NCBI GenBank assembly: GCA_965206595.1
Contig: OZ242214.1
Location: 4,576,001-4,640,000 of the forward strand
From: Candidatus Latescibacterota bacterium
GTDB lineage: Bacteria > Latescibacterota > UBA2968 > UBA8231
Reading direction: 5' to 3'
DNA: 64,000 nucleotides
The notes under the pieces were generated by a model. That model worked only from the letters and a program-made list of their open reading frames with translations, made no database searches and was not told the DNA's origin. This document shows, one piece after another, positions 48,204 to 58,489 of this stretch (its first letter is position 1; every line of letters begins with the position of its first letter). The translations under genes and the position numbers were made by a program.

Positions 48204-49535
48204 GTGGCAAAGAACGTCCACGAAATCAGGGATCCCATTCATGTTTTCGTCCGCCTCGACAACTACGAACGCGAGGTGTTGGACTCACGTCCATTCCAGA
48301 GGTTGCGTCATATCCACCAACTTGCATTGACATATCTTGTTTACCCAGGAGCGACACACAAACGTTTCGAGCATTCTCTCGGTGTAATGGAACTGGCGAG
48401 CAGGGTTTTTGATGTCGTCACCAATTCCGCAAACGTAACCGATGAGATCCGAAACCATTTGAGTCAATTGGATAAACGCGATGATTTAAGTTATTGGAGA
48501 AGGGTCTTGCGAATGGCGGCCCTATGCCACGACATGGGTCACCTCCCATTCTCTCATTCGGCCGAAGAACTATTGCCGGATGGTTGGGACCATGAAAGGC
48601 TCACTCGAGAAATCATCACCAGCGACGAGATGGCATCAATTTGGAAGCAGGTAACCCCACCTCTTCGACAAGATGACATTATAAAACTTGCCGTAGGGCC
48701 AAAGAAAGCGGCGGATCTCAAGTTTTCATACTGGGAAGCGATTCTTTCGGAAATTATAGTTGGCGATGCTTTCGGGGTGGATAGAATGGACTACCTGCTG
48801 CGCGATTCTCATCACACCGGAGTCGCTTACGGGAAGTTCGACCACTATCGCTTGATCGATACTTTGCGCATTCTTCCGACACCCCCTTCGGGTGAAGAGG
48901 ACGATTCAGAAGAGCCCGCGCTCGGCGTTGAAGAGGGCGGTATTCAGTCGGCCGAAGCGTTAATGCTTGCACGTTACTTTATGTATTCGCAAGTCTATTT
49001 TCATCATATTCGGCGAATTTACGATATCCACTTAATTGATTTTCTAAAGGAGTGGCTTTCCAAGGGTGCCTTTCCGACGGATCTGCCGCCACACCTGTGC
49101 ATGACAGATAACGAAGTGACCGCTGGGTTGCTGAAAGCTGCTTTCGAGAAAAACGAACAAGGTCATCTACACGCTGGCCGTATTGTCAACAGAGGACATT
49201 TCAAACTTATTTACGAGCGAAACCCAAAGGATATCAAAGTCAATCCGGAGGCTGGAAAAGCGGTTTATAAAGCCCTGAGCGCCAAGTACGGAGCCGAGAA
49301 CTTTCGACACGATCGGTATCGTCAGGATAGTGGAGTACCGAATTTTCCAGTGCGCATGCGTGACGACCAGATCGTTTCCTCTTTGGGGCTATCGGAGGCT
49401 TTAAACCAGGTGCCTATGGTCTCAGTTGACTATGTATTCGCCGAACGAGAGCGGTACTGGGAAGTAAACAAATGGCTGAAAAAGAATCGAGAGGAAATCA
49501 TTAAACCGGTAGAAGAGGAGAAAGATGATGGATAG
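48204..49535 (+). CDS. HD-domain dNTP triphosphohydrolase-like protein (YwfO/SAMHD1-like)
   Basis: IRDPIH, FQRLRHIHQL, YPGATHKRFEHSLG, ALCHDMGHLPFSH, DRMDYLLRD, RYFMYSQVYFH. Confidence 0.9.
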   Translation: MAKNVHEIRDPIHVFVRLDNYEREVLDSRPFQRLRHIHQLALTYLVYPGATHKRFEHSLGVMELASRVFDVVTNSANVTDEIRNHLSQLDKRDDLSYWRRVLRMAALCHDMGHLPFSHSAEELLPDGWDHERLTREIITSDEMASIWKQVTPPLRQDDIIKLAVGPKKAADLKFSYWEAILSEIIVGDAFGVDRMDYLLRDSHHTGVAYGKFDHYRLIDTLRILPTPPSGEEDDSEEPALGVEEGGIQSAEALMLARYFMYSQVYFHHIRRIYDIHLIDFLKEWLSKGAFPTDLPPHLCMTDNEVTAGLLKAAFEKNEQGHLHAGRIVNRGHFKLIYERNPKDIKVNPEAGKAVYKALSAKYGAENFRHDRYRQDSGVPNFPVRMRDDQIVSSLGLSEALNQVPMVSVDYVFAERERYWEVNKWLKKNREEIIKPVEEEKDDG

Positions 49536-50085
49536 ACTCAGGAGGGCGGCACTGGTTACGCGTCTAATTGAACTGTTACGTGAGCAGGGTAGTTGGTGCG
49601 GAGAAACCCACATCCAGAAATCCACCCTTTTCGTCCAGGATTTGATGCAGGTCCCGCTGGGCTTCGATTTCATTCTGTACAAACACGGACCGTTTTCGTT
49701 CGATTTGAGGGACGAACTTACAGGCTATCGTGCCGATGGGTTGATTCGGCTGGAACCGCAATGGTCTTATGGACCCAGGATCACTCCCACCGATCGCAGT
49801 AAGTACATTCAGAGCATCAGCTCGAAGACCTTGGCGAAGTACGGCGACCGCGTCGCCTTCGTGGCCAATAAGGTCGGTGCCAAAAGTGTAACCGAGCTCG
49901 AAAGGTTGGCTACAGCGTTTTTCCTCAAACAACGCGCGGAGGCTGACGTTTCAGTCGACGATAGGTCCAGGCAGCTGACAGAACTCAAGCCCCACATCCT
50001 GCTTGAAAGCGCCAAAGCTGCTGTTGAAGAGGTCGACCGGATTATTGAAGAGGCTCACGCACACTGCGCAGAAGCTGGTGGATGA
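49525..50085 (+). CDS. YwgA/Panacea/DarG-C-terminal-like winged-helix protein
   Basis: HIQKSTLFVQ...FILYKHGPFSFDLRDEL and ELERLAT motifs; overlaps the HD stop. Confidence 0.6.
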   Translation: MMDRLRRAALVTRLIELLREQGSWCGETHIQKSTLFVQDLMQVPLGFDFILYKHGPFSFDLRDELTGYRADGLIRLEPQWSYGPRITPTDRSKYIQSISSKTLAKYGDRVAFVANKVGAKSVTELERLATAFFLKQRAEADVSVDDRSRQLTELKPHILLESAKAAVEEVDRIIEEAHAHCAEAGG

Positions 50086-50107
50086 CTCCATCCACTAACC
50101 GCCTCAG

Positions 50108-50361
50108 CATCGAGTGATGGCGCGTCACGATCCCGGGTGCCGGTGGTGCCGTCGCTGACGACCGGGGGGACCGACGCCAAGCACATCTGCCAGCGGCGGC
50201 CCGGGACGCAGGTGTACGGGTTCATGCCCAACCGCCAGCAGCCGGAGCTCGAGGAGATGCAGCTGATCCACGGGCACGACGAGCGCACCAAGGTGAAGAA
50301 CCTGCTGTTCGCGACCCGCGTGATCTGGATCTGGGACATCGTGGTGGCGTATGGTGCGTGA
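50108..50361 (+). pseudogene. Direct repeat copy 2: degenerate duplicate of the M20 peptidase 3' end
   Basis: Encodes VPVVPSLTTGGTDAKHIC...IHGHDERT; differs from copy 1 by substitutions, short deletions and a 6-nt ATCTGG duplication. Confidence 0.9.
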
Positions 50362-50441
50362 TGGTCAGGCAGTCGCCGAACCTGGCACTCGAAAATGGGG
50401 GGCGGACCGGTTATCCGGGACAGGGATCAACGTCGAAAACG

Positions 50442-51905
50442 GGCTATATCCGGGTTTTTCAAAGGACATTTTATAGCATGTACAGAGAGAGATATTGAGT
50501 GATTCACACGGTACGGAATCGGGCCGGAATCTGCGCAGGGATATCGAGGTCTCCGACGCACAGGTAAATGAGGTCGGCAAAGGCATCCAGAGATTTAAAT
50601 CCACTGGCTCGATTCTTGACCATGCGGATGATTCGATTGAGCCCTTCGGCGGCGGCGTTGGTCAGGTGCGTGTCGACGAAGGCCGTGATGCCGGCCGCAT
50701 GCTTGCGCACCGTGTTGACGAACCTGCGCAGGGGCTCCAGGCGGCTGCGCAGGGCCGCCGTCGTCCACTTCTTGAGGAAGCGTTCGGCGGCCCAGCGCGC
50801 CTTGTAGCGCCAGAAGTGCTCGAACTCGTCCTTCAGGCGCCAGGCGCGGTAGATGCGGCGGTTGGCCTTCTCCAGGGTTTGGAGCGTGCGCCGGTCCTTT
50901 GGCGAGCGCCGGGCGGAGTGATGCAGCAGCACCCAGCGCAGGCCCTTGAGCAGCTTGCGGTCCTCGCCGCAGGCTTGCCGCCACTGTTCCTTGCGCACCT
51001 CGTCGACGGCTTCGTTGAGGGCCTTGACGACGTGGAATCGGTCCAGGACGAGCTGGGCGTTGGGGCAGTGCTGGCGGATGGCGCCGATGAAGGTCTCGCT
51101 CATATCGCAGCAGGCCCAGCGGATACGGGCCTTCCGGAAGGCGCTGAGATGGTCCCGGAAGAACGTATCGATCGTTTCGCGGGCCTTGCCCTTGCCGATC
51201 CAGACGACACAGGAGCGCTCCAGGTCGTAGACCAGGGTGGCGTATTTATGGCCCTTGGCGTAGGAGATCTCGTCGATGCCGAGGGTCGTCAGCGCGCGGA
51301 TGCGATGGCCTGTACGCCGGCGCTCGATGAGCCGGTGCACCTGGTCGGACAGGGTCGAAGGAGCCAGGCCCAGCAAGCGCGCGGCGGTGACCTGCGGCAT
51401 CCACTGGCAGTAGGTCAGCAGCAGGTATTCGAAGCGGTAGCTGACCCGGGCCGAGGGCGCTGCCCAGGGCACCTCCTCGACGTGCCGGCCGTGGGTCGGA
51501 CAGCGGATCTCTCGAGGGCGGTGGTACAACCAGACGGTACGGCCGCAAATGCGGACGTCGCGCCAGCGGCGGGGCTCCATGATCCGTACGATCTTGCCCC
51601 GGCGCCCACACTCGGGACACCGGCACCCGTTCCTTTGGGGCTTCACCGCGACCACGACGGCCGCTTCCTCCCCGTGTCCTTCGAACCACACGCCCACAGC
51701 GCCAAACCCCTTGAACTTGAACAGCTTGGAGACGAACTTCATAGCGGTCATAGGTCGCCTTCCCTTCCCTTTCCTGGGGAGTGCTTGATGGGGATACACC
51801 AAGCATAGGGAACGACCTATGGCCTTGTCATGTACTCAGATGAACAGCAAGGGCTCAGGTACTTTCCGTACTTACGTTTCGGCGTTGAAAAACCCGGATA
51901 GACCC
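50442..51905 (-). mobile_element. ISL3-family insertion sequence (1464 bp)
   Basis: Terminal IRs GGCTATATCCGGGTTTTTCAA / GGGTCTATCCGGGTTTTTCAA; flanks CGAAAACG and CGAAACGG (imperfect target duplication). Confidence 0.85.
50504..51751 (-). CDS. ISL3-family transposase
   Basis: CPECG zinc finger, GIDE, CDM, DRFHVVK, TNAAAEGLN. Confidence 0.93.
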   Translation of the reverse strand: MTAMKFVSKLFKFKGFGAVGVWFEGHGEEAAVVVAVKPQRNGCRCPECGRRGKIVRIMEPRRWRDVRICGRTVWLYHRPREIRCPTHGRHVEEVPWAAPSARVSYRFEYLLLTYCQWMPQVTAARLLGLAPSTLSDQVHRLIERRRTGHRIRALTTLGIDEISYAKGHKYATLVYDLERSCVVWIGKGKARETIDTFFRDHLSAFRKARIRWACCDMSETFIGAIRQHCPNAQLVLDRFHVVKALNEAVDEVRKEQWRQACGEDRKLLKGLRWVLLHHSARRSPKDRRTLQTLEKANRRIYRAWRLKDEFEHFWRYKARWAAERFLKKWTTAALRSRLEPLRRFVNTVRKHAAGITAFVDTHLTNAAAEGLNRIIRMVKNRASGFKSLDAFADLIYLCVGDLDIPAQIPARFRTV

Positions 51906-52463
51906 CGAAACGGGGGAGAGGATGTACGGTTCCATTACGGCCGGCGTCGCGTCGAAACCCTGTTGGCGTTTTTTGCCGCGTTCCTCCTCGCGTTTGTGAG
52001 TGTGGAACTGACCATGGATGCTTTTGGCTATCACGATCACGGTCATGGGATGCCCACAGCCATTGTGGAAGAAGCGGAAACCCATGGGATAGAAGACCAC
52101 GTTCACGACCACGACCATGACCAAGAACACCCCGAGGATGGCGAAGGGGGCTTAGGTCATTTGTTCTTTCTCGTCAGCGGAGTAATCGTCACTTCAGTGA
52201 TTGCCAAGGAAATACTTTTCCGCGTGACTCGGGGCAAGGGCATACGCCTGAACAGCCCCATGCTGATTGCGAAAGCATGGCATCATCGGGCCGATTCCAT
52301 CAGCGCCTTGGCGGTCCTGCTGAGCATTTTTATTTCATCCTATTTTCCGGCTTTCGCGTTGATTAATCCGGTCACCACGGTCGTGATCGCGGGCCTGATC
52401 TTACACAGTGCTTGGGAGGTTGGGAGCAACGCGGTCAAAGAGTTGATAGATTTCGCGCCCTCG

Positions 52464-53552
52464 CTAGTGTTGTGTCGCAGAGATTCGTTCGCAAAGTCTC
52501 TTGATTTTCGCGAGGATGGAATCGGCCGTAGCCGTCCACACGAAAGGGTGTGCGTTGGCGTTCCATTTGGCCGTGTAGCGTTCAATGCGCTCGATGAGCT
52601 CCGACACCTTGCGGAACGAATCGCGCCGAACCGCCTGGCGGGTAAGGATATTGAACCAGATCTCCACCTGATTGAGCCACGAAGCATAGGTGGGGGTGTA
52701 GTGAACGTGAAATCGGGGACGCCGTGCCAGCCATCGCTTGACCTTGGCCTGCTTATGCGTGGCGTAGTTGTCGACGACGAGATGAATATCGAGGTCAGCG
52801 GGGACGTGGGCCTCGATGTGGCGCAGGAACTGAAGGAACTCCTGGTGACGATGACGGGGCTTGCACTGGGTCATCACTTCCCCGGTGGCTACGTCCAAGG
52901 CGGCAAACAGGGTGGTGGTGCCATGGCGCTTGTAGTCGTGCGGTACCCCTTCCACGTATCCCAGTCCCAGGGGCAGCATGGGCTGACTTCGTTCCAACGC
53001 CTGGATCCGGCTCTTCTCGTCCACGCACAGCACCAGGGCGTGCTCGGGGGGATTCAGGTACAAGCCGACGATATCCCGTACTTTGTCGACAAAGAAAGGA
53101 TCGGTGGAAAGCTTGAAGTGCTTGTGTCGATGGGGCTGCAAACCATACGTGCGCCAAATGCGATGAACCGCGTCCTTGGTCAAGCCGGTTTCTTCGCCCA
53201 TGGAGCGCACCGACCACTGTGTTTCGTCTTTGGGCTTGGTCTTCAGGGTCTTGTATACCACCTCGGCTACCTGTTCATCCGTACTCGATCGTGGCGCCCC
53301 TGAGCGCAGCTCATCATGCAAGCCCGGGAGCCCGTTTTCGAGAAAGCGCCGGCGCCACTTGCCGACCGTAGCACGCGTCACACCCACGGCGGCGGCGACG
53401 GCTTCATTGGGCCAGCCTTCTGCGCCCAGCAGACTAATCTCGGCTCGCCGCACCAACCCGTGGGAAAGGCTCCGGGATTTGGCCATCGATTCCAATCGTT
53501 CCCGGTCCGACGGACTCAGCTCTAACGGCGGTAATGGACGCCCCGTCACCAT
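52464..53552 (-). CDS. IS630-family transposase
   Basis: N-terminal [39 protein letters not shown]; the stop codon uses the target TA. Confidence 0.95.
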   Translation of the reverse strand: MVTGRPLPPLELSPSDRERLESMAKSRSLSHGLVRRAEISLLGAEGWPNEAVAAAVGVTRATVGKWRRRFLENGLPGLHDELRSGAPRSSTDEQVAEVVYKTLKTKPKDETQWSVRSMGEETGLTKDAVHRIWRTYGLQPHRHKHFKLSTDPFFVDKVRDIVGLYLNPPEHALVLCVDEKSRIQALERSQPMLPLGLGYVEGVPHDYKRHGTTTLFAALDVATGEVMTQCKPRHRHQEFLQFLRHIEAHVPADLDIHLVVDNYATHKQAKVKRWLARRPRFHVHYTPTYASWLNQVEIWFNILTRQAVRRDSFRKVSELIERIERYTAKWNANAHPFVWTATADSILAKIKRLCERISATQH

Positions 53553-53633
53553 AGGTCTCTCCTTTCAGAAAGGGGATAAGAGAAACCTACGGCACCTTCA
53601 ATTGTTTGTACAGTTAATTACACGACAGGACAC
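52467..53633 (-). mobile_element. IS630-family insertion sequence
   Basis: TA duplicated at 52465-52466 and 53634-53635 within CTAG; ends GTGTTGTGTCG / GTGTCCTGTCG. Confidence 0.92.
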
Positions 53634-53979
53634 TAGAGACGATAGCCCTAATCGAAGAGATGGCGGAAGAGGTAGCAGGCGTAACATTTACCCACAATAT
53701 TCGCATCCGGTCCATGGGTGGTGCCCTGTATGTTGAATTAACGGCGGAAACCGATCCAGAGCTCACGGTAGCAGAAGGGTACGCAGTCGTTAAACAGATC
53801 CGTGAAAAGATAATGGATAAAGTGCCCAATGTGATCGACGTCGCCACCCAGCTAACACCGAAAGGCGAGTACATCCGGCAGTTTCTGGGATCAGAAAGGT
53901 GAATACGGGAAGAAGTGGACCTACTGGTGTGGTGGGAAGATGATGTCCCGCAAGAAACGACTGCGGATCAGGGGACCCC

Positions 53980-55215
53980 TCACCGGTCGCTAGTGCTGGA
54001 CCGGAAACGAAGATTGAACAGCATATCCTCGTAGCCGTTGCGCAGGGCACCGGCCCGAAAGCGCCAGACGATCAGAGCGATGAGGAGCAAAGCGCTTCCC
54101 CATTGCAGGAACTGAATAGCCGGCGAATGGGAGGCGTCGAGGTTCACGGAAATCGTCAGGCCAGCGGCCAGAAGCAGCGCGTCGATGGCGATGCCGAGGA
54201 TGACCGTAACCGCGATGACTGCGGCAACATAGATGGATGCGAAGCGGGAGCCGAACTGGCTGACGATGATCGCGATGGTGCCCGTATTGGTGGCCGGTCC
54301 GGTCATGAGGAAAATCAGCGCCGCACCGGGGCTGACTCCCTTGGCAACTAGTGCGGCGGCGATCGGAGTACTGGCGGAAGCGCAGATATAGAGGGGAATG
54401 CCGATCAGCACCATGATCGGATAGGATAGCCAGCGGGCATACTCGTTTGACATCAGGTCGCCTGGAATCGCCAGAAAGAGCACTCCTCCCAAGGCAACGC
54501 CCACCAGCAGCGCAAAGAGAATGTCGTCCGCTATCTCAATGAAGCCATAGCGAAAGACGTGCTTGACCAGCTTCTTGAAATCTAGACTCTGATCGTCTGT
54601 GGAGACATCGCCCGGAGAAGGATCGCTAGTGGCATTTCCCTTCAACCAGTTGACCAATAACACCTTCAATTGCGAAGGGCTGACGTAGCAATCATCTCTA
54701 TCAGCTATGAGGGATTGGTGCGAGCCATGATCGTGATCACAGTCATGGCAGTGGTCGGGGTCGCTCGCCTTGGCTTCGTCGCGGTCGTCTTTTATGAGGC
54801 CAATGCAAAAGATCCCGGCGACGATCGCGGTGATGAAGCTGATGACGGGCCGGACAATGGCAACTACGAAGCCGAAGAACGCATTGGTGACTAGAATTGA
54901 GTCCGCGCCTGTTTCCGGCGCAGTTATCAGGAAGGACATGCAGGCCGAACGGGACGCGCCCTTCCGGCGCATCTCAGCGACTACCGGTACAACCGAACAA
55001 CTACATAGCGGCACGGGCACGCCGATGGCCGAGCTTGTGGTTACGGATTTTAGACTGTCGTCGCGGAGCCAGCGGAGTATGGCCTGACGGGAGATGAACA
55101 CATGAATCAGGCCGGAAAGGAATAGCCCCAGCAACAGCATGGGTGCTAGCAACAGGAAGGATGACCAGAGGAAGTCGAAAAAACTGGTCAATATCCCAAG
55201 AAATTCAAAGGTCAC
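53980..55215 (-). CDS. DUF318 / SO_0444-type metal permease
   Basis: PLCSCSVVP, APETGADS, PLYICASASTP, GPATN; His/Cys-rich loop DHCHDCDHDHGSH; AGGAGG RBS. Confidence 0.87.
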   Translation of the reverse strand: MTFEFLGILTSFFDFLWSSFLLLAPMLLLGLFLSGLIHVFISRQAILRWLRDDSLKSVTTSSAIGVPVPLCSCSVVPVVAEMRRKGASRSACMSFLITAPETGADSILVTNAFFGFVVAIVRPVISFITAIVAGIFCIGLIKDDRDEAKASDPDHCHDCDHDHGSHQSLIADRDDCYVSPSQLKVLLVNWLKGNATSDPSPGDVSTDDQSLDFKKLVKHVFRYGFIEIADDILFALLVGVALGGVLFLAIPGDLMSNEYARWLSYPIMVLIGIPLYICASASTPIAAALVAKGVSPGAALIFLMTGPATNTGTIAIIVSQFGSRFASIYVAAVIAVTVILGIAIDALLLAAGLTISVNLDASHSPAIQFLQWGSALLLIALIVWRFRAGALRNGYEDMLFNLRFRSSTSDR

Positions 55216-55326
55216 TCAATAGCCTCCTGTGCAATTGCATTGAGATAATAAGGCGACGAGACTCTTAAATATGCATATATAAGGCTATAGACGGCGCTGG
55301 GCCGAAATTTTGGTCGAGACGCCTGA

Positions 55327-58300
55327 TTAGAAGGCCACTTTTTCCCGTTCCGCCAAAAGCTCTTCCGCCTCTCCGCGATTCAGTTGCACGGCAAACCACT
55401 TGTAGAGCGCCGGCAGCACCAGCAGGGTCAGTACAGTGGAGCTGACCAGGCCGCCGACTACTACCGTGGCCAGGGGCCGCTGTACCTCGCTGCCGGTGCC
55501 GCTGGAAAAAAGCAACGGGAGCAGCCCCAGGGCGGTCGTCAGGGCGGTCATCAGCACCGGCCGCACCCGCAGACATGCACCCTGGACCGAGGCCTCGTCA
55601 AGGTCGACGCCGTCGCGGACCAGCTGGTTGAAGTAGGTCACCATCACCATGCTGTTTTCCAGGGCGATTCCGAACAGGGCGATGAAACCGACCGATGAAG
55701 GCACGGACAGGTTCTGTCCGGTCAGCCACAGGGCCACCACCCCGCCGACCAGCGCCAGGGGGATGTTGAGCAGGATGAGAATCGCGTTTTTCAGCGAATT
55801 GAAGCTGGAGAACAGAAGCAGGAAAATCACGAATAGAGTGATGGGCACGACGATGGCCAGCCGTTTGTTGGCCTCCTGCTGCAGTCGGAACTGGCCGCCC
55901 CAGGTCACGAGGTAGCCCGGGGGCAGCGCCACCCGGTCTTCTATCGCCTCCTGGGCCTCCTCGACGAACGAGCCGATATCCCTGTCGGTGACGTTGCACT
56001 GAACCGTGATGAAGCGTTGGCTCTTTTCCCGGGTGATCTGGCGCGGCCCCACCACTTCTTCGATCCGGGCCAGCTGAACCAGAGGGATCTGGACGCCCAT
56101 TGGGGACTGAACCAGGATTTGGGCGATGGCCTCGGGACTGCTGCGGAATTGCGGGGCGAAGCGCACCAGGATGTCGAAGCGGCGAATCCCTTCGAACACC
56201 TGCCCCACCATCTCCCCGCCAACGGCCGCCTGAACCACCTTCTGCACGTCGGCGACGTTGACACCGTAGCGGGCGATGGCCTGCCGGTCGACGCGGATGA
56301 GCAGCTGAGGGGTGCCGCTGATCTGGTCGACCTGGACATCGGCCGCCCCCGTGACCGTGTCGACCACCCGGGCGATTACGTCCGCCTTCTGTTTCAGCAC
56401 CTCGAGATCGTCCCCGAAGAGCTTGATGGCCAGCTCTGCCCGCACCCCTTCGAGCAGCTCATCCACGGTCATGGCGATCGGCTGGGTGAAGTTGGTCAGC
56501 ACACCGGGTATTTCCCCCAGCTCGGCGCGAATGGTTTCCTGCAGCTCTTCCTGGTTTCGAGCCTCACGCCACCGGTCCCTGGGCTGGAGCAGGAGAAACA
56601 TCTCGGCGCTGTTGATGGGGTCCGTGTGGGCGCCGACCTCGCCGCGGCCGATGCGGGAAACCGCGCCGGAGATCTCGGGGATTTTCAGCAGGCGGCGCTC
56701 GACCAGCATGGTGATGCGGGTGCTCTCCTCGAGCGAGATGGAGGGGGCCATGGTCAGCCTGAGGACCAAGGTTCCCTCCTGCAGCGCCGGGGTGAACTCC
56801 GACCCCAGCCGCGGGAAGATCGCCAGCCCGACAAGCAGAAGGATGCCTGCCGACCCCAGGGCCCAGAAGCGGTGGGCAACGAAACGAGCGACCATGGGTC
56901 GGTAAGTAGCCACGAGATGGCGCATCATCCAGCCTTCGCCGGCTCGTGCGCCCTCGCCCCTGGATTTGGGTGAGCGCAGCAAAAGGTGCGACAACACCGG
57001 GGCGAGGAAGAGGGCGAAGACCAGCGAGCCCAGCATCGCCATGGCCACGGTGTAGGCCAGCGGCCGGAAGGTCTTCCCCTCCACCCCCTGGAGGGTGAAC
57101 AGGGGCAGGAAGACGAGGATGATGATGAGGATGGCGAAGACGATGGGGCGGCCGACTTCCACACAGGCGCGGGCAACGGCCTGGACGCGTTCCTCGTCCG
57201 CTTCGCCCTGCCGCAGGATGCGGTCGACGTTCTCGACCACGACGATGGTGCCGTCGACCATTATGCCGATGGCGATGGCCAGGCCGCCAAGGGACATGAG
57301 GTTTGCCGAGAGGCCGAAATAGTGCATGCCGAGGGTGGCGAACAGGACGGAGAAGGGAATGGACAGGGCCACCACCAGACTTGGCCGGACGCTGCCCATG
57401 AACAGGATCAACACCAGCGTGACCAGAACAATGCCCTGAATCAGGGCGTCGGTGACCGTGGCCACGCATGCCGCCACCAGGGTCTTCTGCTCGTAGTAGG
57501 GAACCAGGCGCACGCCGGCGGGCAAAATGCGGTTGATCTCCTGCATCTTCGCTTCGACCCGCTCGATCACGGTGGAGGAATTGGTGCCGAAGAGCTTGAT
57601 CACCATGCCGGCGACCACTTCTTCCACGCCGTTGCGGGTCTGCACGCCGCGCCGGATCGCCCCGCCGATGCCCACCTCGGCCACCTGGTCGAGGAAGATG
57701 GGAGTTCCGTCGGACGCCTTGATGACGATGTTCTCGATGTCGGCGACCGTGGAGGCCAGGCCCACCGAGCGCACGACGTATTCCTCGGCGTCCTTCTCGA
57801 TGAACTGGGCGCCGACGTTGAGGTTATTGGCTTCGATCTGCTCGATGACGTCGTGCAGGGTCACCCCGTAGCGCAACAGGGCGTGGGGATCGACCACTAC
57901 GTGGAACTGTTTCTCGTGGCCGCCGATGCCGAGGACCTCGGTGACTCCCGGCACGGTCTGCAGGTGGAACTTGACCAGCCAATCCTGGATCGTGCGCAGC
58001 TCTTCGAGCGCGTGCTCGCCGGTGGTGTCTTCGAGGTAGTAGAAGAGCACCAGTCCCATGCCGGTCGAGATCGGCCCCAGTGCCGGTTCGCCGAACCCTT
58101 CCGGGATCTGTTCTCTGGCCTCCTGGAGCCGTTCGTTGACCAGTTGGCGGGCAAAGTAGATATCCATCCCGTCTTCGAAATAGATGTTGACGACCGAGAG
58201 GCCGAAGTTGGAGACGGAGCGGATGTTCTCGATGCCTGGGAGGCCGTTCATCACCGTCTCGATGGGATAGGTGACGTAGGTTTCGATCTCTTCCGGGGCC

Positions 58301-58467
58301 AAGCCCTCGGTGACGGTGAATACCTGGACCAGGTTGGGGGAGACGTCGGGAAAGGCATCGACAGGAAGTTGCCGGTAGCTGTAATAACCGCTGGCCACAA
58401 CCACCGCTCCCAGGACCAGCATGAGCATGCGGTTGCGCAGCGACAGCTGAATGATGCGGTCTACCAT
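55327..58467 (-). CDS. czcA: CzcA/CusA-family heavy-metal RND efflux permease
   Basis: LPVDAFPDV, ANLMSLGGLAIAIGIMVDG, AHTDP, RVRPVLMTA, GSEVQRPLATVVVGG. Confidence 0.93.
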   Translation of the reverse strand: MVDRIIQLSLRNRMLMLVLGAVVVASGYYSYRQLPVDAFPDVSPNLVQVFTVTEGLAPEEIETYVTYPIETVMNGLPGIENIRSVSNFGLSVVNIYFEDGMDIYFARQLVNERLQEAREQIPEGFGEPALGPISTGMGLVLFYYLEDTTGEHALEELRTIQDWLVKFHLQTVPGVTEVLGIGGHEKQFHVVVDPHALLRYGVTLHDVIEQIEANNLNVGAQFIEKDAEEYVVRSVGLASTVADIENIVIKASDGTPIFLDQVAEVGIGGAIRRGVQTRNGVEEVVAGMVIKLFGTNSSTVIERVEAKMQEINRILPAGVRLVPYYEQKTLVAACVATVTDALIQGIVLVTLVLILFMGSVRPSLVVALSIPFSVLFATLGMHYFGLSANLMSLGGLAIAIGIMVDGTIVVVENVDRILRQGEADEERVQAVARACVEVGRPIVFAILIIILVFLPLFTLQGVEGKTFRPLAYTVAMAMLGSLVFALFLAPVLSHLLLRSPKSRGEGARAGEGWMMRHLVATYRPMVARFVAHRFWALGSAGILLLVGLAIFPRLGSEFTPALQEGTLVLRLTMAPSISLEESTRITMLVERRLLKIPEISGAVSRIGRGEVGAHTDPINSAEMFLLLQPRDRWREARNQEELQETIRAELGEIPGVLTNFTQPIAMTVDELLEGVRAELAIKLFGDDLEVLKQKADVIARVVDTVTGAADVQVDQISGTPQLLIRVDRQAIARYGVNVADVQKVVQAAVGGEMVGQVFEGIRRFDILVRFAPQFRSSPEAIAQILVQSPMGVQIPLVQLARIEEVVGPRQITREKSQRFITVQCNVTDRDIGSFVEEAQEAIEDRVALPPGYLVTWGGQFRLQQEANKRLAIVVPITLFVIFLLLFSSFNSLKNAILILLNIPLALVGGVVALWLTGQNLSVPSSVGFIALFGIALENSMVMVTYFNQLVRDGVDLDEASVQGACLRVRPVLMTALTTALGLLPLLFSSGTGSEVQRPLATVVVGGLVSSTVLTLLVLPALYKWFAVQLNRGEAEELLAEREKVAF

Positions 58468-58489
58468 CGGCCTGCCCTCCCTCCGCCAA

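Larger units (their letters stand above)
51913..53902 (+). pseudogene. Cation diffusion facilitator (FieF/CzcD-like), 5'-truncated and split by IS630
   Basis: RFHYGRRRVE, His-rich loop, AWHHRADS; removing IS630 restores the frame (APSLETIALIEEMAEEVAGV...IRIRSMGG). Confidence 0.85.

Noticed and set aside
50477-51835. CATGTAC direct repeat as the ISL3 target duplication
   Set aside because: Both copies lie inside the true terminal inverted repeats at 50442 and 51905
51819-53303. 494-aa apparent novel membrane fusion protein
   Set aside because: Chimera of the ISL3 end, the CDF fragment and antisense read-through into IS630
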